Positions 8,140-17,255 of a stretch of DNA of 58,561 nt are shown here, in pieces. Made by a program: the position numbers and the translations under genes. Source of the DNA: Candidatus Bathyarchaeia archaeon (GTDB taxonomy: Archaea; Thermoproteota; Bathyarchaeia; Bathyarchaeales; Bathycorpusculaceae); contig JAVZNE010000009.1 in NCBI GenBank assembly GCA_038882975.1, positions 1-58,561 on the forward strand. Direction: 5' to 3'. The number at the start of each line of letters is the position of its first letter. Position 1 is the first letter of the stretch. A model generated the notes under the pieces. That model searched no databases, was not told the origin of the DNA, and saw only the letters and a program-made list of their open reading frames with translations.

Positions 8140-9639
8140 TTAAACAAGCCCAAACATCCCGCCCAACAAGCTCTGCGAAAGCGCAAGCGAAATATGCGCC
8201 GTCAAGACAAGCATGGCTGAATACTTAAAACCGGCAGCAAAAGTGCCTTCGCTAACCTTACCCACAAAAAAGCCTGAAAGCCAACACTGCAACAGTATGC
8301 CCAGAGAAAAGAGGTTCATCTGCTCCTGCATAACAATAAAGGAAACGGGAGTGGCACCCGGAAGCGAAAGCCTTGTCAAGGTATAAACCGTTAAAGCAAC
8401 CATTGTTGTTGTCAAGGCTATCAGAACGCTCCATATGAAAGCCAAAATAACATAAGGCCTCAGCAGAGACTTCTTGTTGGTCTCCACATCCTTCTGCTTT
8501 TCGCTGTACTCCGTCAAAATTTCTAGAGCCACACTTGAGCCACCACCCATCTTTATGGTTTCAACAAGTATGAGGAAGTTCACCAAAACAGGCCATGTTT
8601 GAAGCTTCCTCTTTATGCTTGCAAATATCTTCCTCAGGGGTACACCCCATTCTATCTGGCTTCTTATAAGCCCTAAAACTTCAGAGAACTTTCCATAGCC
8701 GGGACGCTTTGTGGCATGAACTATGCTTTTTTCAGGTGAAAGCCCTGTTTTTCTAGCTTCTGTGACATCTCTTAGGAAGCTTGGCATGGCGTTTTCAGCG
8801 GCATTGTTTATTCTGGCAATTTCCATGTAGATAATCGCCGGAGGAATTGAAACCGTCAACAGACAAACCGTTAATATAAGGGGCAAAACTTGTGGGTTTC
8901 TAAGAAATTGAAGTTGAGGAAACAGGAGGACAGATGCTATGAAGCTGCTGGCGGCAATTATGGCGACTAATGCAACTTTATATGGCGTTTTAATTCCGAC
9001 AAGGTTGCTTTTCCTTTCTACATGGGCTATTATCATGAAGACCAGTGAAATCAGCGGGGTTAGGAGGAATATTAGGAGGCAAACAACGTCTGTGGATATG
9101 CTTGGTGTTCCAGCGATCCTCGTTGGTTCAAATATTGAGGTTGTTGAGAAAACTATGAAGAGTATATAGGAGCATAAGGTTACGATTAGCATGACAGCGT
9201 AGGCTTCTACAAGAGTGCCAAGCCTCTCTATTGAGCGGATGGCGGCGGCGCTTTGAACATCAAAAATTGAGCGAAGCTTGCTCTTCAAAAAGTTTACAAT
9301 GTTCCCACCGCTTCTTACAGCTGAAACATAACCCAACAGGAATTCACGGTAATTTTTAGATTTTGTTTTTTCAGCCCGTCTCTGCATAACCGTTAACGGG
9401 TCATATCCCAGAACCTCCACTTGTCTGACAACTTCTCTCGCCTCTTTTCTGAACTGGGGCAGTTGCTCTATGGTGCAGAGTTTTTTCCAGCTCTCGTATA
9501 GGGTTACCTCGCTGGCAGCCAATATTGTAAAAAGCAAGGCAGCGAAGGGAAGCTCACGATTTATTTCGCTTGTGTCCTCTTCGGTTAAGCGGCTTAGCAT
9601 TCGCCCAAAAATTTTAGGCTTTGCAACTTGTATTTGCAA
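8140..9639 (-). CDS. Type IV pilus platform membrane protein (TadC/GspF/ArlJ family)
   Basis: Two T2SSF-like repeats (SGG and MGGG motifs) with TM helices; downstream of the ATPase. Confidence 0.88.
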   Translation of the reverse strand: MQIQVAKPKIFGRMLSRLTEEDTSEINRELPFAALLFTILAASEVTLYESWKKLCTIEQLPQFRKEAREVVRQVEVLGYDPLTVMQRRAEKTKSKNYREFLLGYVSAVRSGGNIVNFLKSKLRSIFDVQSAAAIRSIERLGTLVEAYAVMLIVTLCSYILFIVFSTTSIFEPTRIAGTPSISTDVVCLLIFLLTPLISLVFMIIAHVERKSNLVGIKTPYKVALVAIIAASSFIASVLLFPQLQFLRNPQVLPLILTVCLLTVSIPPAIIYMEIARINNAAENAMPSFLRDVTEARKTGLSPEKSIVHATKRPGYGKFSEVLGLIRSQIEWGVPLRKIFASIKRKLQTWPVLVNFLILVETIKMGGGSSVALEILTEYSEKQKDVETNKKSLLRPYVILAFIWSVLIALTTTMVALTVYTLTRLSLPGATPVSFIVMQEQMNLFSLGILLQCWLSGFFVGKVSEGTFAAGFKYSAMLVLTAHISLALSQSLLGGMFGLV

Positions 9640-9643
9640 CTTT

Positions 9644-11266
9644 TCACCACCCGCCTTTCCCTAGAAATTCTCTTTGGAAAAGCTCTGGGTTGTTGTAGTA
9701 CTTGCTTAGAACCTTGTTTACACTTCTATAGTCACGGATGCCGTGCTCAACCATGTGGGCTAAAACCCGCTTGCGATATTCCAGCTCGTCAATAAGCCTT
9801 TCAACTGGAACGTCTAGGCTTGCAGCCATCTTCTTGAGCAGGTAGCTTTCAGCCAAATTCTCCCTAAAAGTGTCTGTGGACGGGTTCCAGTTAAAAACTT
9901 CCTGATAACTATTATAGTCCTTTATCTCCGTCACGCTTATGAACTTTCTGCTTGAAAGCCTCCTTCCAGACTCTAGGAAAACCGGGGTTCTGACATGTTT
10001 AACGGTGATTACACAGTTCATAAGCGGAATTATTGATGTTGGAATATTCATGGGCGGTTGTGTAAGCCTTTTTATGGCGGTGTCAACATCCTCAGCGTGG
10101 AGCGTGCATAAGCCGCCATGTCCCGTAGCTAATGCTTGGAAAAGAACGTAGGCTTCTTCTCCTCGGACCTCGCCTACAATTATTAGGTCTGGGCGGTGGC
10201 GCACCGCTGACTTAATCAAGTCGTAAAGGGTTATTTCGCCCTCGCTTTCCGCTCCGAAGCCGGACCTCGCAATCGTCGATGTCCAGTTCTCGTGGGGCAA
10301 GTTTATTTCTGCAACTTCTTCAACAGAGATTATTTTGTAGCTGGGTTTTATGAGGCATGCAATGGCGTTTAGGGCTGTTGTTTTTCCGGCACCCGTGGCT
10401 CCAATAATCATCACTGACATTTTGTTTTCCATTAAAAGCCATAGGTAGGCGGCTATTCCCTCGTTTATCGTCTCGTTCTCAATCAAGTCTATTATTGTGA
10501 AGGGGTCTCTTCGGAACTTGCGGATGGTGAAGGCTGTCCCGTATGGCGTTGTTTCCTTGCCAAAAGAAACGGCTAGGCGGTGTTTTTCCGGCAGAGTCAC
10601 GTCCACTATTGGGAAGGCTATGCTGACGTGTTTTCCAGACTTGTGAACCATCCGCATGACAAAGTCTTCAAGCTCCTGCTCGTCTCTAAAAACAATGTTT
10701 GTCTTAATGTTCTCATATTTACGGTGCCAAAGGTATATGGGCTTATTTACGCCGCTGCACCCGATGTCCTCAACATAATCATCATACATTAACGGGTCTA
10801 TCTTACCATATCCGACAATGTCTCTTTCAAGGTAGTAGAGGATTTTCCTCACACCTATAGGTGATATTCCCTCAAGGACTTTGCGGTGTTTTGCGAGGAT
10901 TTCCGGCATTTGCCTCCTAAAAGACTCCGCTAGGGTTTCCTCGCCTTCTGGGGCTTGAAGCTCAAATTCCAAAATGTTTCTAAGTCTGTGGTAGCCCTCC
11001 CTCTCCTCCTTTGTCAGGGGCAGCTCATCCAGAACGTATAGGTATTCCAGTGTTTCCTCATTTTGGATTATGGCTGCATAGGAGAAGGGAGGCTTTAACG
11101 GGTAATATTCTACTTCCACATAGCCTTCCGGAACGCTCCACCTCTGAACTTCCATGAACCCAGCTAGTTCGGCTTCTTCCCTCATTAAATCCTTAAATTC
11201 CGCCTGCGCTTCTGCGCCGCCTTTCTTAAGTTTTAATGTAAACTTCAAACCTTTTTCACTCTCCAT
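9644..11266 (-). CDS. Type IV pilus assembly ATPase (VirB11/TadA/ArlI family)
   Basis: Walker A GATGAGKTT, RHRPDLIIVGEVRG, TGHGGLCTLHA. Confidence 0.95.
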   Translation of the reverse strand: MESEKGLKFTLKLKKGGAEAQAEFKDLMREEAELAGFMEVQRWSVPEGYVEVEYYPLKPPFSYAAIIQNEETLEYLYVLDELPLTKEEREGYHRLRNILEFELQAPEGEETLAESFRRQMPEILAKHRKVLEGISPIGVRKILYYLERDIVGYGKIDPLMYDDYVEDIGCSGVNKPIYLWHRKYENIKTNIVFRDEQELEDFVMRMVHKSGKHVSIAFPIVDVTLPEKHRLAVSFGKETTPYGTAFTIRKFRRDPFTIIDLIENETINEGIAAYLWLLMENKMSVMIIGATGAGKTTALNAIACLIKPSYKIISVEEVAEINLPHENWTSTIARSGFGAESEGEITLYDLIKSAVRHRPDLIIVGEVRGEEAYVLFQALATGHGGLCTLHAEDVDTAIKRLTQPPMNIPTSIIPLMNCVITVKHVRTPVFLESGRRLSSRKFISVTEIKDYNSYQEVFNWNPSTDTFRENLAESYLLKKMAASLDVPVERLIDELEYRKRVLAHMVEHGIRDYRSVNKVLSKYYNNPELFQREFLGKGGW

Positions 11267-11723
11267 TTTGGCTTGAGCTTGAAAGCTGAACTTCTGGGAT
11301 TCCCGCTTCTTGATTTGTGAAGCATTTCAGGAAGATTGCCCCATAACCGCTAACATAATAGCCATAAGCCAAAGCCACGCCTGGAAGGTAAACACGTATT
11401 CCAGCCTCTTCTTTTGGCGTGTCTCCTAATCCACCTTCAACCCAAACTTTCGAAGAATCGTTTCTAAGCATTAGCCAGTACTGTTTATCGCCTATGGCTG
11501 CTGGCGCCTGAATAAAGGCTTCGGCTGTTGTGTTTGCCGCCTTTGCAAGGCTTATGAGTTCTGTGGCTTTAGCCGCCACTAAATCCACTAGATCCTTAAG
11601 TTTGCCCATTTCTGATGAGAGGCGTATGGCACCAGCATAATCCATAAAAGAGACTAGGAGGATGCTGCTCACGGCGATTATGGCGAAGAAGGTGTATAGG
11701 TAGCTAGGCGTTATGGCTGGCAT
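11256..11723 (-). CDS. Pilin-like accessory protein
   Basis: N-terminal hydrophobic helix; small; within the pilus operon. Confidence 0.6.
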   Translation of the reverse strand: MPAITPSYLYTFFAIIAVSSILLVSFMDYAGAIRLSSEMGKLKDLVDLVAAKATELISLAKAANTTAEAFIQAPAAIGDKQYWLMLRNDSSKVWVEGGLGDTPKEEAGIRVYLPGVALAYGYYVSGYGAIFLKCFTNQEAGIPEVQLSSSSQNGE

Positions 11724-12551
11724 TTAGGCGTTAACCCTCCTAACTTGTATATGGCAGACAACAACTTCTAGGCTTACAACAGCGCCTTCACTGGTGCTTT
11801 CCAATGGAAGCCAAACAGTTGTTTTATTGCCTTCCGAAAAGGCTTCAAGGGCAAGGGAGGAGACTGAACTGTTGAACACTAGAAGCTCAACTGTTGAAGT
11901 GACGTTCAACGCTGAAACCTTTAGGTGGAAGCTTCCATAAAGCGTAAGCACTTGAGAAGAGGCTAGGCTTATTATGTAGACACGTATGATGTTGAACGGT
12001 TTTCCATTGCTTGTGCCAGTCGCTAAGGCGGTTGCCATTGGTCTGTAGCACAAGACAAGTTGTTGTGCAGTTTCGCCTCTCTCAAAGTAGAGCTGCGTAA
12101 CCGTGAAGGCGCTCTGATTTATTATTGTTCGGCTGTCGCCCCTAACATATGTGCCTTCTTGGCTTTCAGCCAAACCCTCAAGAATGCAAAGGGCTTTACC
12201 AACAGAACCATTAAACACGAGGCGGGAAAACGACTGTCGATCCGTTAGATTAATGACAAGGCTTTTAGCTGTCGGCTGCGTTTGGAAAGCGCCTCCGCAG
12301 TCCTCCATGTAAATGGTTTTGGAACTTCCAGCGGACCAAGCCACAGAACGTACAGTATCATCCAAAGCCTGCATGTTCTGCTTAGCCATTGAAACCCTTA
12401 ACTGGGCGCTTTTTGCGCTTATGCGGGTTACTGCAAAGCCATAGGTGGCGGATATTATGGCGATAAGCGAGGCAAAAAGTATGAGATAAGTGACTGGAAT
12501 AGCCAAAGCCTTCCTCGAACACGCAAGCCTTCCAAAGCCTTTCACACGCAA
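11724..12551 (-). CDS. Pilin-like protein (class III signal peptide)
   Basis: SRKA|LAIPVTYLILFASLIAIIS. Confidence 0.7.
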   Translation of the reverse strand: MRVKGFGRLACSRKALAIPVTYLILFASLIAIISATYGFAVTRISAKSAQLRVSMAKQNMQALDDTVRSVAWSAGSSKTIYMEDCGGAFQTQPTAKSLVINLTDRQSFSRLVFNGSVGKALCILEGLAESQEGTYVRGDSRTIINQSAFTVTQLYFERGETAQQLVLCYRPMATALATGTSNGKPFNIIRVYIISLASSQVLTLYGSFHLKVSALNVTSTVELLVFNSSVSSLALEAFSEGNKTTVWLPLESTSEGAVVSLEVVVCHIQVRRVNA

Positions 12552-12606
12552 CCTTTAACAGTCTCCTCTCTTGCAAACCAGCAGCCAAGAAAACCTTTGA
12601 AGGCAG

Positions 12607-12648
12607 TATTAAGATAAGATAATGTGTGTAGAACAAAACTACACATAA
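12607..12648 (-). promoter_or_regulatory. TATA-like box plus palindromic operator upstream of the pilus assembly operon
   Basis: TGTGTGTAGAACAAAACTACACATAA (12623-12648); near-identical copy at 13900-13925 with the same offset to the TATA-like box. Confidence 0.7.
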
Positions 12649-12724
12649 GTATCGGAAATTAGACTTTAGAAATTTTATTCAAAATAAATTGAGGATGAGG
12701 TAAAGAAAAGGGGGGAGTTGGCGT

Positions 12725-13279
12725 CTAACTTGATGCCTCTACGTTGGTTTCTTTGTAGTATTCAGCGTTTGATGTGAACACCGTAACGCCTATGGTGACA
12801 CCAATGTCGTTTACAGATATGTGGTCTGGGTTCCTAATGTAAACTATCATTGTTCGTCCAGAGGGCAGGGTTAAGTCGGTGCTAGCGGCTTTTAAATCGA
12901 AGCTGACACCACCTATCCATACGTCTCCGCCATTAGTTAGGTTTGCCGACGGTGCAAATGGCAAATCGCTGCTGATTGTCTGTGTAGTTATGTTGTAGTA
13001 AACATTGCTCCATGGGCATTCCTGACCTCTAACTGTGATTTTGTCAAGAACGACGTCGCGGCCTCCCGTATTCACTATAATGAAGGCGGCCTCGGAAAAT
13101 GTTCCACCAGTATGCCATATATGTAGCTTCGTTACTAGAAGGCTTTCCTCTTGCACCCTTGTTGTTGTTACATTTATGGCGTAGAAGGTGACAACAGTCG
13201 CTAACAGCACTGAAACCACCAGAATAATCAATGTCGTAACAACAGTGCTGAGCGCCTTCCTACTCTTAAAAATTTTCAT
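12725..13279 (-). CDS. Major type IV pilin/archaellin-like subunit 2
   Basis: KSRKA|LSTVVTTLIILVVSVLLATVV class III signal; paralog of the neighbouring gene. Confidence 0.85.
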   Translation of the reverse strand: MKIFKSRKALSTVVTTLIILVVSVLLATVVTFYAINVTTTRVQEESLLVTKLHIWHTGGTFSEAAFIIVNTGGRDVVLDKITVRGQECPWSNVYYNITTQTISSDLPFAPSANLTNGGDVWIGGVSFDLKAASTDLTLPSGRTMIVYIRNPDHISVNDIGVTIGVTVFTSNAEYYKETNVEASS

Positions 13280-13296
13280 TTAATACCCCTCCAAGC

Positions 13297-13848
13297 CTAT
13301 CCAATATACGCTTGAACGTTGGTTTCTTTGTAGTATTCAGCGTTTGATGTGAACACTGTAACACCAATTGATACACCGATGTCGTTGAGTGCTATGTGGT
13401 CTGGGTTGGTTATGAAGACTATCATGGTATAACCTGACTTCAGGAGCACATCACTGTTAGCTCGCGTCAACGAGTATGAACCCCAAGACTTGCCAAGGAG
13501 TGTGCCGTTGGCATTTGGGGCAACATATGTTAAATCTTCGCTTATCGTGTCAGTTGTTTTAGCATAATAGACGCTTGTCCATGGGCATTCCTGACCCCTA
13601 ACCGTAATCTTGTCGATGACGACGTCTCGCCCACCAGTATTGATGATTAGGAATGCGGCCTCGCAAAAGTTTGTGCCATTATGCCATATGTGCAGTTTTG
13701 TTATTAGCAGGCTTTCTTCTTGAACACGTGTGGTTGTCACGTTTATCGCATAGAACGTTACTACAGTTGCCAGCAGCACTGAAACCACCAGGATTATCAG
13801 TGTTGTCACTACTGTGCTCAATGCCCTTTTATTCTTTAACAACTTCAT
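13297..13848 (-). CDS. Major type IV pilin/archaellin-like subunit 1
   Basis: KNKRA|LSTVVTTLIILVVSVLLATVV class III signal. Confidence 0.85.
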   Translation of the reverse strand: MKLLKNKRALSTVVTTLIILVVSVLLATVVTFYAINVTTTRVQEESLLITKLHIWHNGTNFCEAAFLIINTGGRDVVIDKITVRGQECPWTSVYYAKTTDTISEDLTYVAPNANGTLLGKSWGSYSLTRANSDVLLKSGYTMIVFITNPDHIALNDIGVSIGVTVFTSNAEYYKETNVQAYIG

Positions 13849-13883
13849 TTTCCTTTTCGCTCCGTGGCAAAAATTCAGCCTTG

Positions 13884-13925
13884 TTTAAATATGATGGTTT
13901 GTGCGTAGAACAGAGCTACACATAA
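13884..13925 (-). promoter_or_regulatory. TATA box plus palindromic operator upstream of the major pilin genes
   Basis: TTTAAA at 13884-13889; TGTGCGTAGAACAGAGCTACACATAA at 13900-13925. Confidence 0.7.
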
Positions 13926-14042
13926 CAGTACAACAGTTCAACAAAACATCCCAAAAAACAAGTTTAAACATGTTTAAAGAATTCATAGGAAATTCTTATT
14001 TAGAAAGAGGCCTCAACATCGCTCAAGAACCCTTAAAGGAGC

Positions 14043-14801
14043 ATGGACGAAATGAAAACGCTGCATGTTGCAATGGCTGCTATTTGCGCAGCCTTATACG
14101 CCTTAATTGGGCGCCTAACAGATTTGGGCATAACCTTTGGAGGGGTAGCCTTCTGGCCTGCAGCCGTCATACCAGCAGTTTTCTCTGTTCTTTTCGGGCC
14201 ATGGGTTGGCGGAACAGGCGCAGCCATAGGCATATTCATCCGCGACATGCTTTTCCACGGTGACCCATTGCTAAGCTTGTCTGCCGGCGTGACCGGCAAC
14301 TTCGCTGGGGGCTTTTTGATAGGCTATTTTGCCCGCACAAGCCTAAACTGGAAAAGAATAGGTACAAGCATGTTTGTTGGAAGCGTAACAGTGATTGCAG
14401 GACTGTTGCTGCCAATATTGATGCCCGTGGAATCTGAAGGCCTCACGAAGTGGCCTTCCCACATCAGCATCGCCGTGTTTTCTGCAGCAGTTATTGCAAG
14501 CATAGCCATAATGTTGGCTGTTACAAAGTTTTGGCCAGAATGGAGAAGCTACACTGTTGGCTCCATTATAGGGCTGGGAGTTGCAGCCGCAATAATAGCT
14601 CCAGTGGTTTGGGCTTACAGCCAAATCTTCTGGGGACCAAAAAAATATTTTATGGAACCTCTTCCCTCATCACTTATACCACTAATATTCGTGTGGACAT
14701 TTGCAACAGAAATTCCCTTTGTTCTTTTAATTGGGCCACCAATTATTAAGGCTTGCAGAAGCGCCTTCCCTTCACTGACCCAAAGCAAGAAAGAAGAGTA
14801 G
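14043..14801 (+). CDS. ECF transporter S component
   Basis: AALYA...FWPA...LFGPWVGGTGAAIG pattern; hydrophobic; first gene of the CoA operon. Confidence 0.75.
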   Translation: MDEMKTLHVAMAAICAALYALIGRLTDLGITFGGVAFWPAAVIPAVFSVLFGPWVGGTGAAIGIFIRDMLFHGDPLLSLSAGVTGNFAGGFLIGYFARTSLNWKRIGTSMFVGSVTVIAGLLLPILMPVESEGLTKWPSHISIAVFSAAVIASIAIMLAVTKFWPEWRSYTVGSIIGLGVAAAIIAPVVWAYSQIFWGPKKYFMEPLPSSLIPLIFVWTFATEIPFVLLIGPPIIKACRSAFPSLTQSKKEE

Positions 14802-14807
14802 GATAAA

Positions 14808-15740
14808 GTGAGAACAGCCAAAGCCTTTAGCCCAGCCGGCATCTCCAGCTTTTTTGAAATATGCGACACGCTGCCAAATGGAAAACCCATAACAGACCTT
14901 GAAAAAGTCGGCGCCAGAGGCGGAGGCTTCGGAATCAAGAAAGGCGTAACAACAGAAGTGCGCATTTCAGAGGCTACGCAAAACAGTGTGAAAATTTTCA
15001 TTAATGGGCTGAGGGCTCCGGAAGCCGAAACCACGCGGACTGTTGTTGGGATGCTTCTTGAAAGGGCTGATGGCTGTTATGATGTGGAGGTTAAACATTG
15101 GGTTGACGTCCCCATAGGGGCTGGCTTCGGCACGAGTGCCGGCGGAGCCCTAACCGCTGCCTTGGCTTTATCTAAGGCTTTAGGGTTAAATTTGACAATT
15201 AACCAGCTTGGCAAAATAGCCCACATAGCAGAAATAAAATGCAAAACTGGTCTTGGCACCGTTGCACCGCTAACAATTGGCGGAGGCTGCGTTATTACAG
15301 TTGAGCCCGGCGCGCCTGGAAAAGCCATAATTGACCACATCCCAATATCTGAGGACTATGTGATTGTCGCTGGCTTTTTTGGTCCAATACCGACTAAAGA
15401 GGTTTTATCCTCGCCTGAAAAACGCTTAGCCGTCAACAAGTGGGGTAGGCTTACCCTAGAAAAGATTTTGGCTGAACCATCCCTTGAGAATTTTTTGGCG
15501 TGTTGCCGCGATTTTGCTGAAAAAACGGGCTTCGCTACCGAACGAGTTCGCAAGCTGTTTCGGGTTGCTGAGAAGGCTGGCGCTATCGGAGCGGCTCAAA
15601 ACATGGTTGGGGAGGCTGTCCACGCCCTAACAACATCAGAAAAAGCTGAAAAAGTGGCTCAAGCTTTTAAACGGGTTCTCCCAGAAGAAAGGGTTCTCGT
15701 AGCAAACGTGGAACTTTATGGGGCGAGATTGCTGGGATAG
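14808..15740 (+). CDS. Pantoate kinase (GHMP family)
   Basis: AFSPAGISSFF, PIGAGFGTSAG, AHIAEIKCKTGLG; adjacent to PPAT. Confidence 0.88.
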   Translation: MRTAKAFSPAGISSFFEICDTLPNGKPITDLEKVGARGGGFGIKKGVTTEVRISEATQNSVKIFINGLRAPEAETTRTVVGMLLERADGCYDVEVKHWVDVPIGAGFGTSAGGALTAALALSKALGLNLTINQLGKIAHIAEIKCKTGLGTVAPLTIGGGCVITVEPGAPGKAIIDHIPISEDYVIVAGFFGPIPTKEVLSSPEKRLAVNKWGRLTLEKILAEPSLENFLACCRDFAEKTGFATERVRKLFRVAEKAGAIGAAQNMVGEAVHALTTSEKAEKVAQAFKRVLPEERVLVANVELYGARLLG

Positions 15741-15743
15741 GAA

Positions 15744-16223
15744 TTGGCGGCTAAAAGGTTTAAGGTTGTGGCTGTTGGCGGAACCTTCGACGAACTCCAC
15801 AAGGGACATAAGGCTCTGCTCCTGAAGGCTTTTGAGGTTGGCGAACAAGTCTTGGTAGGCTTATGCACAGACGAGTTTGTGGCCAAAATGAGTAAGCCTC
15901 ACATAGTGGCTTCATACGAAGAACGCCTAGCGGAGCTAAAGGCTTTTCTGCAAGAGCACGGTTTAATGGAAAGGGCAAAAATAATCCCACTAAATGACGC
16001 TTATGGCGTCACGCTACAAAGGGGATGCCTAGAAGCCCTAATAGTCAGCAGAGAAACAGAACCCACAGCCAAGAAAATAAATGAGGAGAGAGTCAAACGC
16101 GGACTCGAACCCCTAAACATAATCGTTATAGATATGGTTCCATCAGAGAATCATGCACCAATATCCACAACAAGAATTCGAAGGGGCGAAATAGACCGGG
16201 AAGGACGCCTAATAAAGCGGTAA
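15744..16223 (+). CDS. coaD: Archaeal phosphopantetheine adenylyltransferase
   Basis: GGTFDELHKGH, VSRET, ISTTRIRRGEID. Confidence 0.9.
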   Translation: MAAKRFKVVAVGGTFDELHKGHKALLLKAFEVGEQVLVGLCTDEFVAKMSKPHIVASYEERLAELKAFLQEHGLMERAKIIPLNDAYGVTLQRGCLEALIVSRETEPTAKKINEERVKRGLEPLNIIVIDMVPSENHAPISTTRIRRGEIDREGRLIKR

Positions 16224-16239
16224 CTTACCTTTCCAAAAT

Positions 16240-16818
16240 TTAGGTTTCCCTTCTACATTTAATAATGAACCAGTGCTTCTTATCGAGTTCCTCTAATATT
16301 TTAAAACCGATTTCCCTCAGTTTGGTCTTGAGCAAATCGAGCGTTTGTTTTTGAGCACCAGATACTCCATAACCAGCATTGACGACTTCGCCATTGGGCA
16401 ACTCGAACTTTGCATTAAATAGAAAGATGTCTTTCCGCACATTAATCTGGGCATCTTTTATGTCTAGAAAGCCGTCTTTGCGTAACACCCTTCTACATTC
16501 TGACAAGACCTTAATTTTGTCTTCCATTTTTGCGATATACATTAAAGTGAACCATACTGTTACGAGGTCGAAGGCTTCATCCTTGAAGCAAAGTTTACGG
16601 GCATCACAAACAACCCAGTTGCACTCCACATTTTTACCCTTGACCTCTCTTATTTCATCCACCCGAATATCAATACCATACACTTTATCTTTCCCTATCC
16701 TAGCAGCTAACCCTTCTCCACCAGCACCCACATCTAAAACTCGATTAAAGCGACTTATGTCCTCCAACACTATCTTTTGCGTTGGAGTCTCGAAATATGA
16801 GAGCTCTTTCCCCGCCAT
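16240..16818 (-). CDS. Class I SAM-dependent methyltransferase
   Basis: VLDVGAGGEG motif I; FDLV; RVLRKDG. Confidence 0.85.
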   Translation of the reverse strand: MAGKELSYFETPTQKIVLEDISRFNRVLDVGAGGEGLAARIGKDKVYGIDIRVDEIREVKGKNVECNWVVCDARKLCFKDEAFDLVTVWFTLMYIAKMEDKIKVLSECRRVLRKDGFLDIKDAQINVRKDIFLFNAKFELPNGEVVNAGYGVSGAQKQTLDLLKTKLREIGFKILEELDKKHWFIIKCRRET

Positions 16819-16889
16819 TTTACCTCATTTTTTCTAAATTTAGAAATTTTATAAGTTTATGCAGGATTACCTATTAAAAGAGGAGAGTT

Positions 16890-17255
16890 ATGACAAATAG
16901 GTTTAATTGGGTTGAAATTCGAGTTAGGGATTTGGAGAAGGCTAAGAATTTTTACGGAAACCTTTTCGACTGGAAAATCAGCGGCGGCGAAAATAAGGAC
17001 TGGGCTTACTGGCTTATAGACACTGGCGAGAAGCCCGGGGGCGGAATGTGGAGGATGCCGAAAGACAAGCCCACAGGTGTTATCGTCTATATTCTTATTG
17101 ACAATATTGACGAGACCCTTGAAAAGGTCGTTAAGCTTGGAGGAAGAGTTGTCACTCCAAAAATGAGGGAGGGCGAAAACTTCATGGCGGTTATAGCGGA
17201 TCCCGACGGAAACATGTTTGGGCTTTATCAGTATGGGGAAAAAGCTACACCCTAG
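16890..17255 (+). CDS. VOC/glyoxalase family protein
   Basis: WVEIRVRDLEKAKNFY...ADPDGNMFGL. Confidence 0.9.
   Translation: MTNRFNWVEIRVRDLEKAKNFYGNLFDWKISGGENKDWAYWLIDTGEKPGGGMWRMPKDKPTGVIVYILIDNIDETLEKVVKLGGRVVTPKMREGENFMAVIADPDGNMFGLYQYGEKATP

Noticed and set aside
5859-13848. Archaellum operon
   Set aside because: No ArlH/ArlF/ArlG or chemotaxis genes; multiple minor pilins fit a type IV pilus
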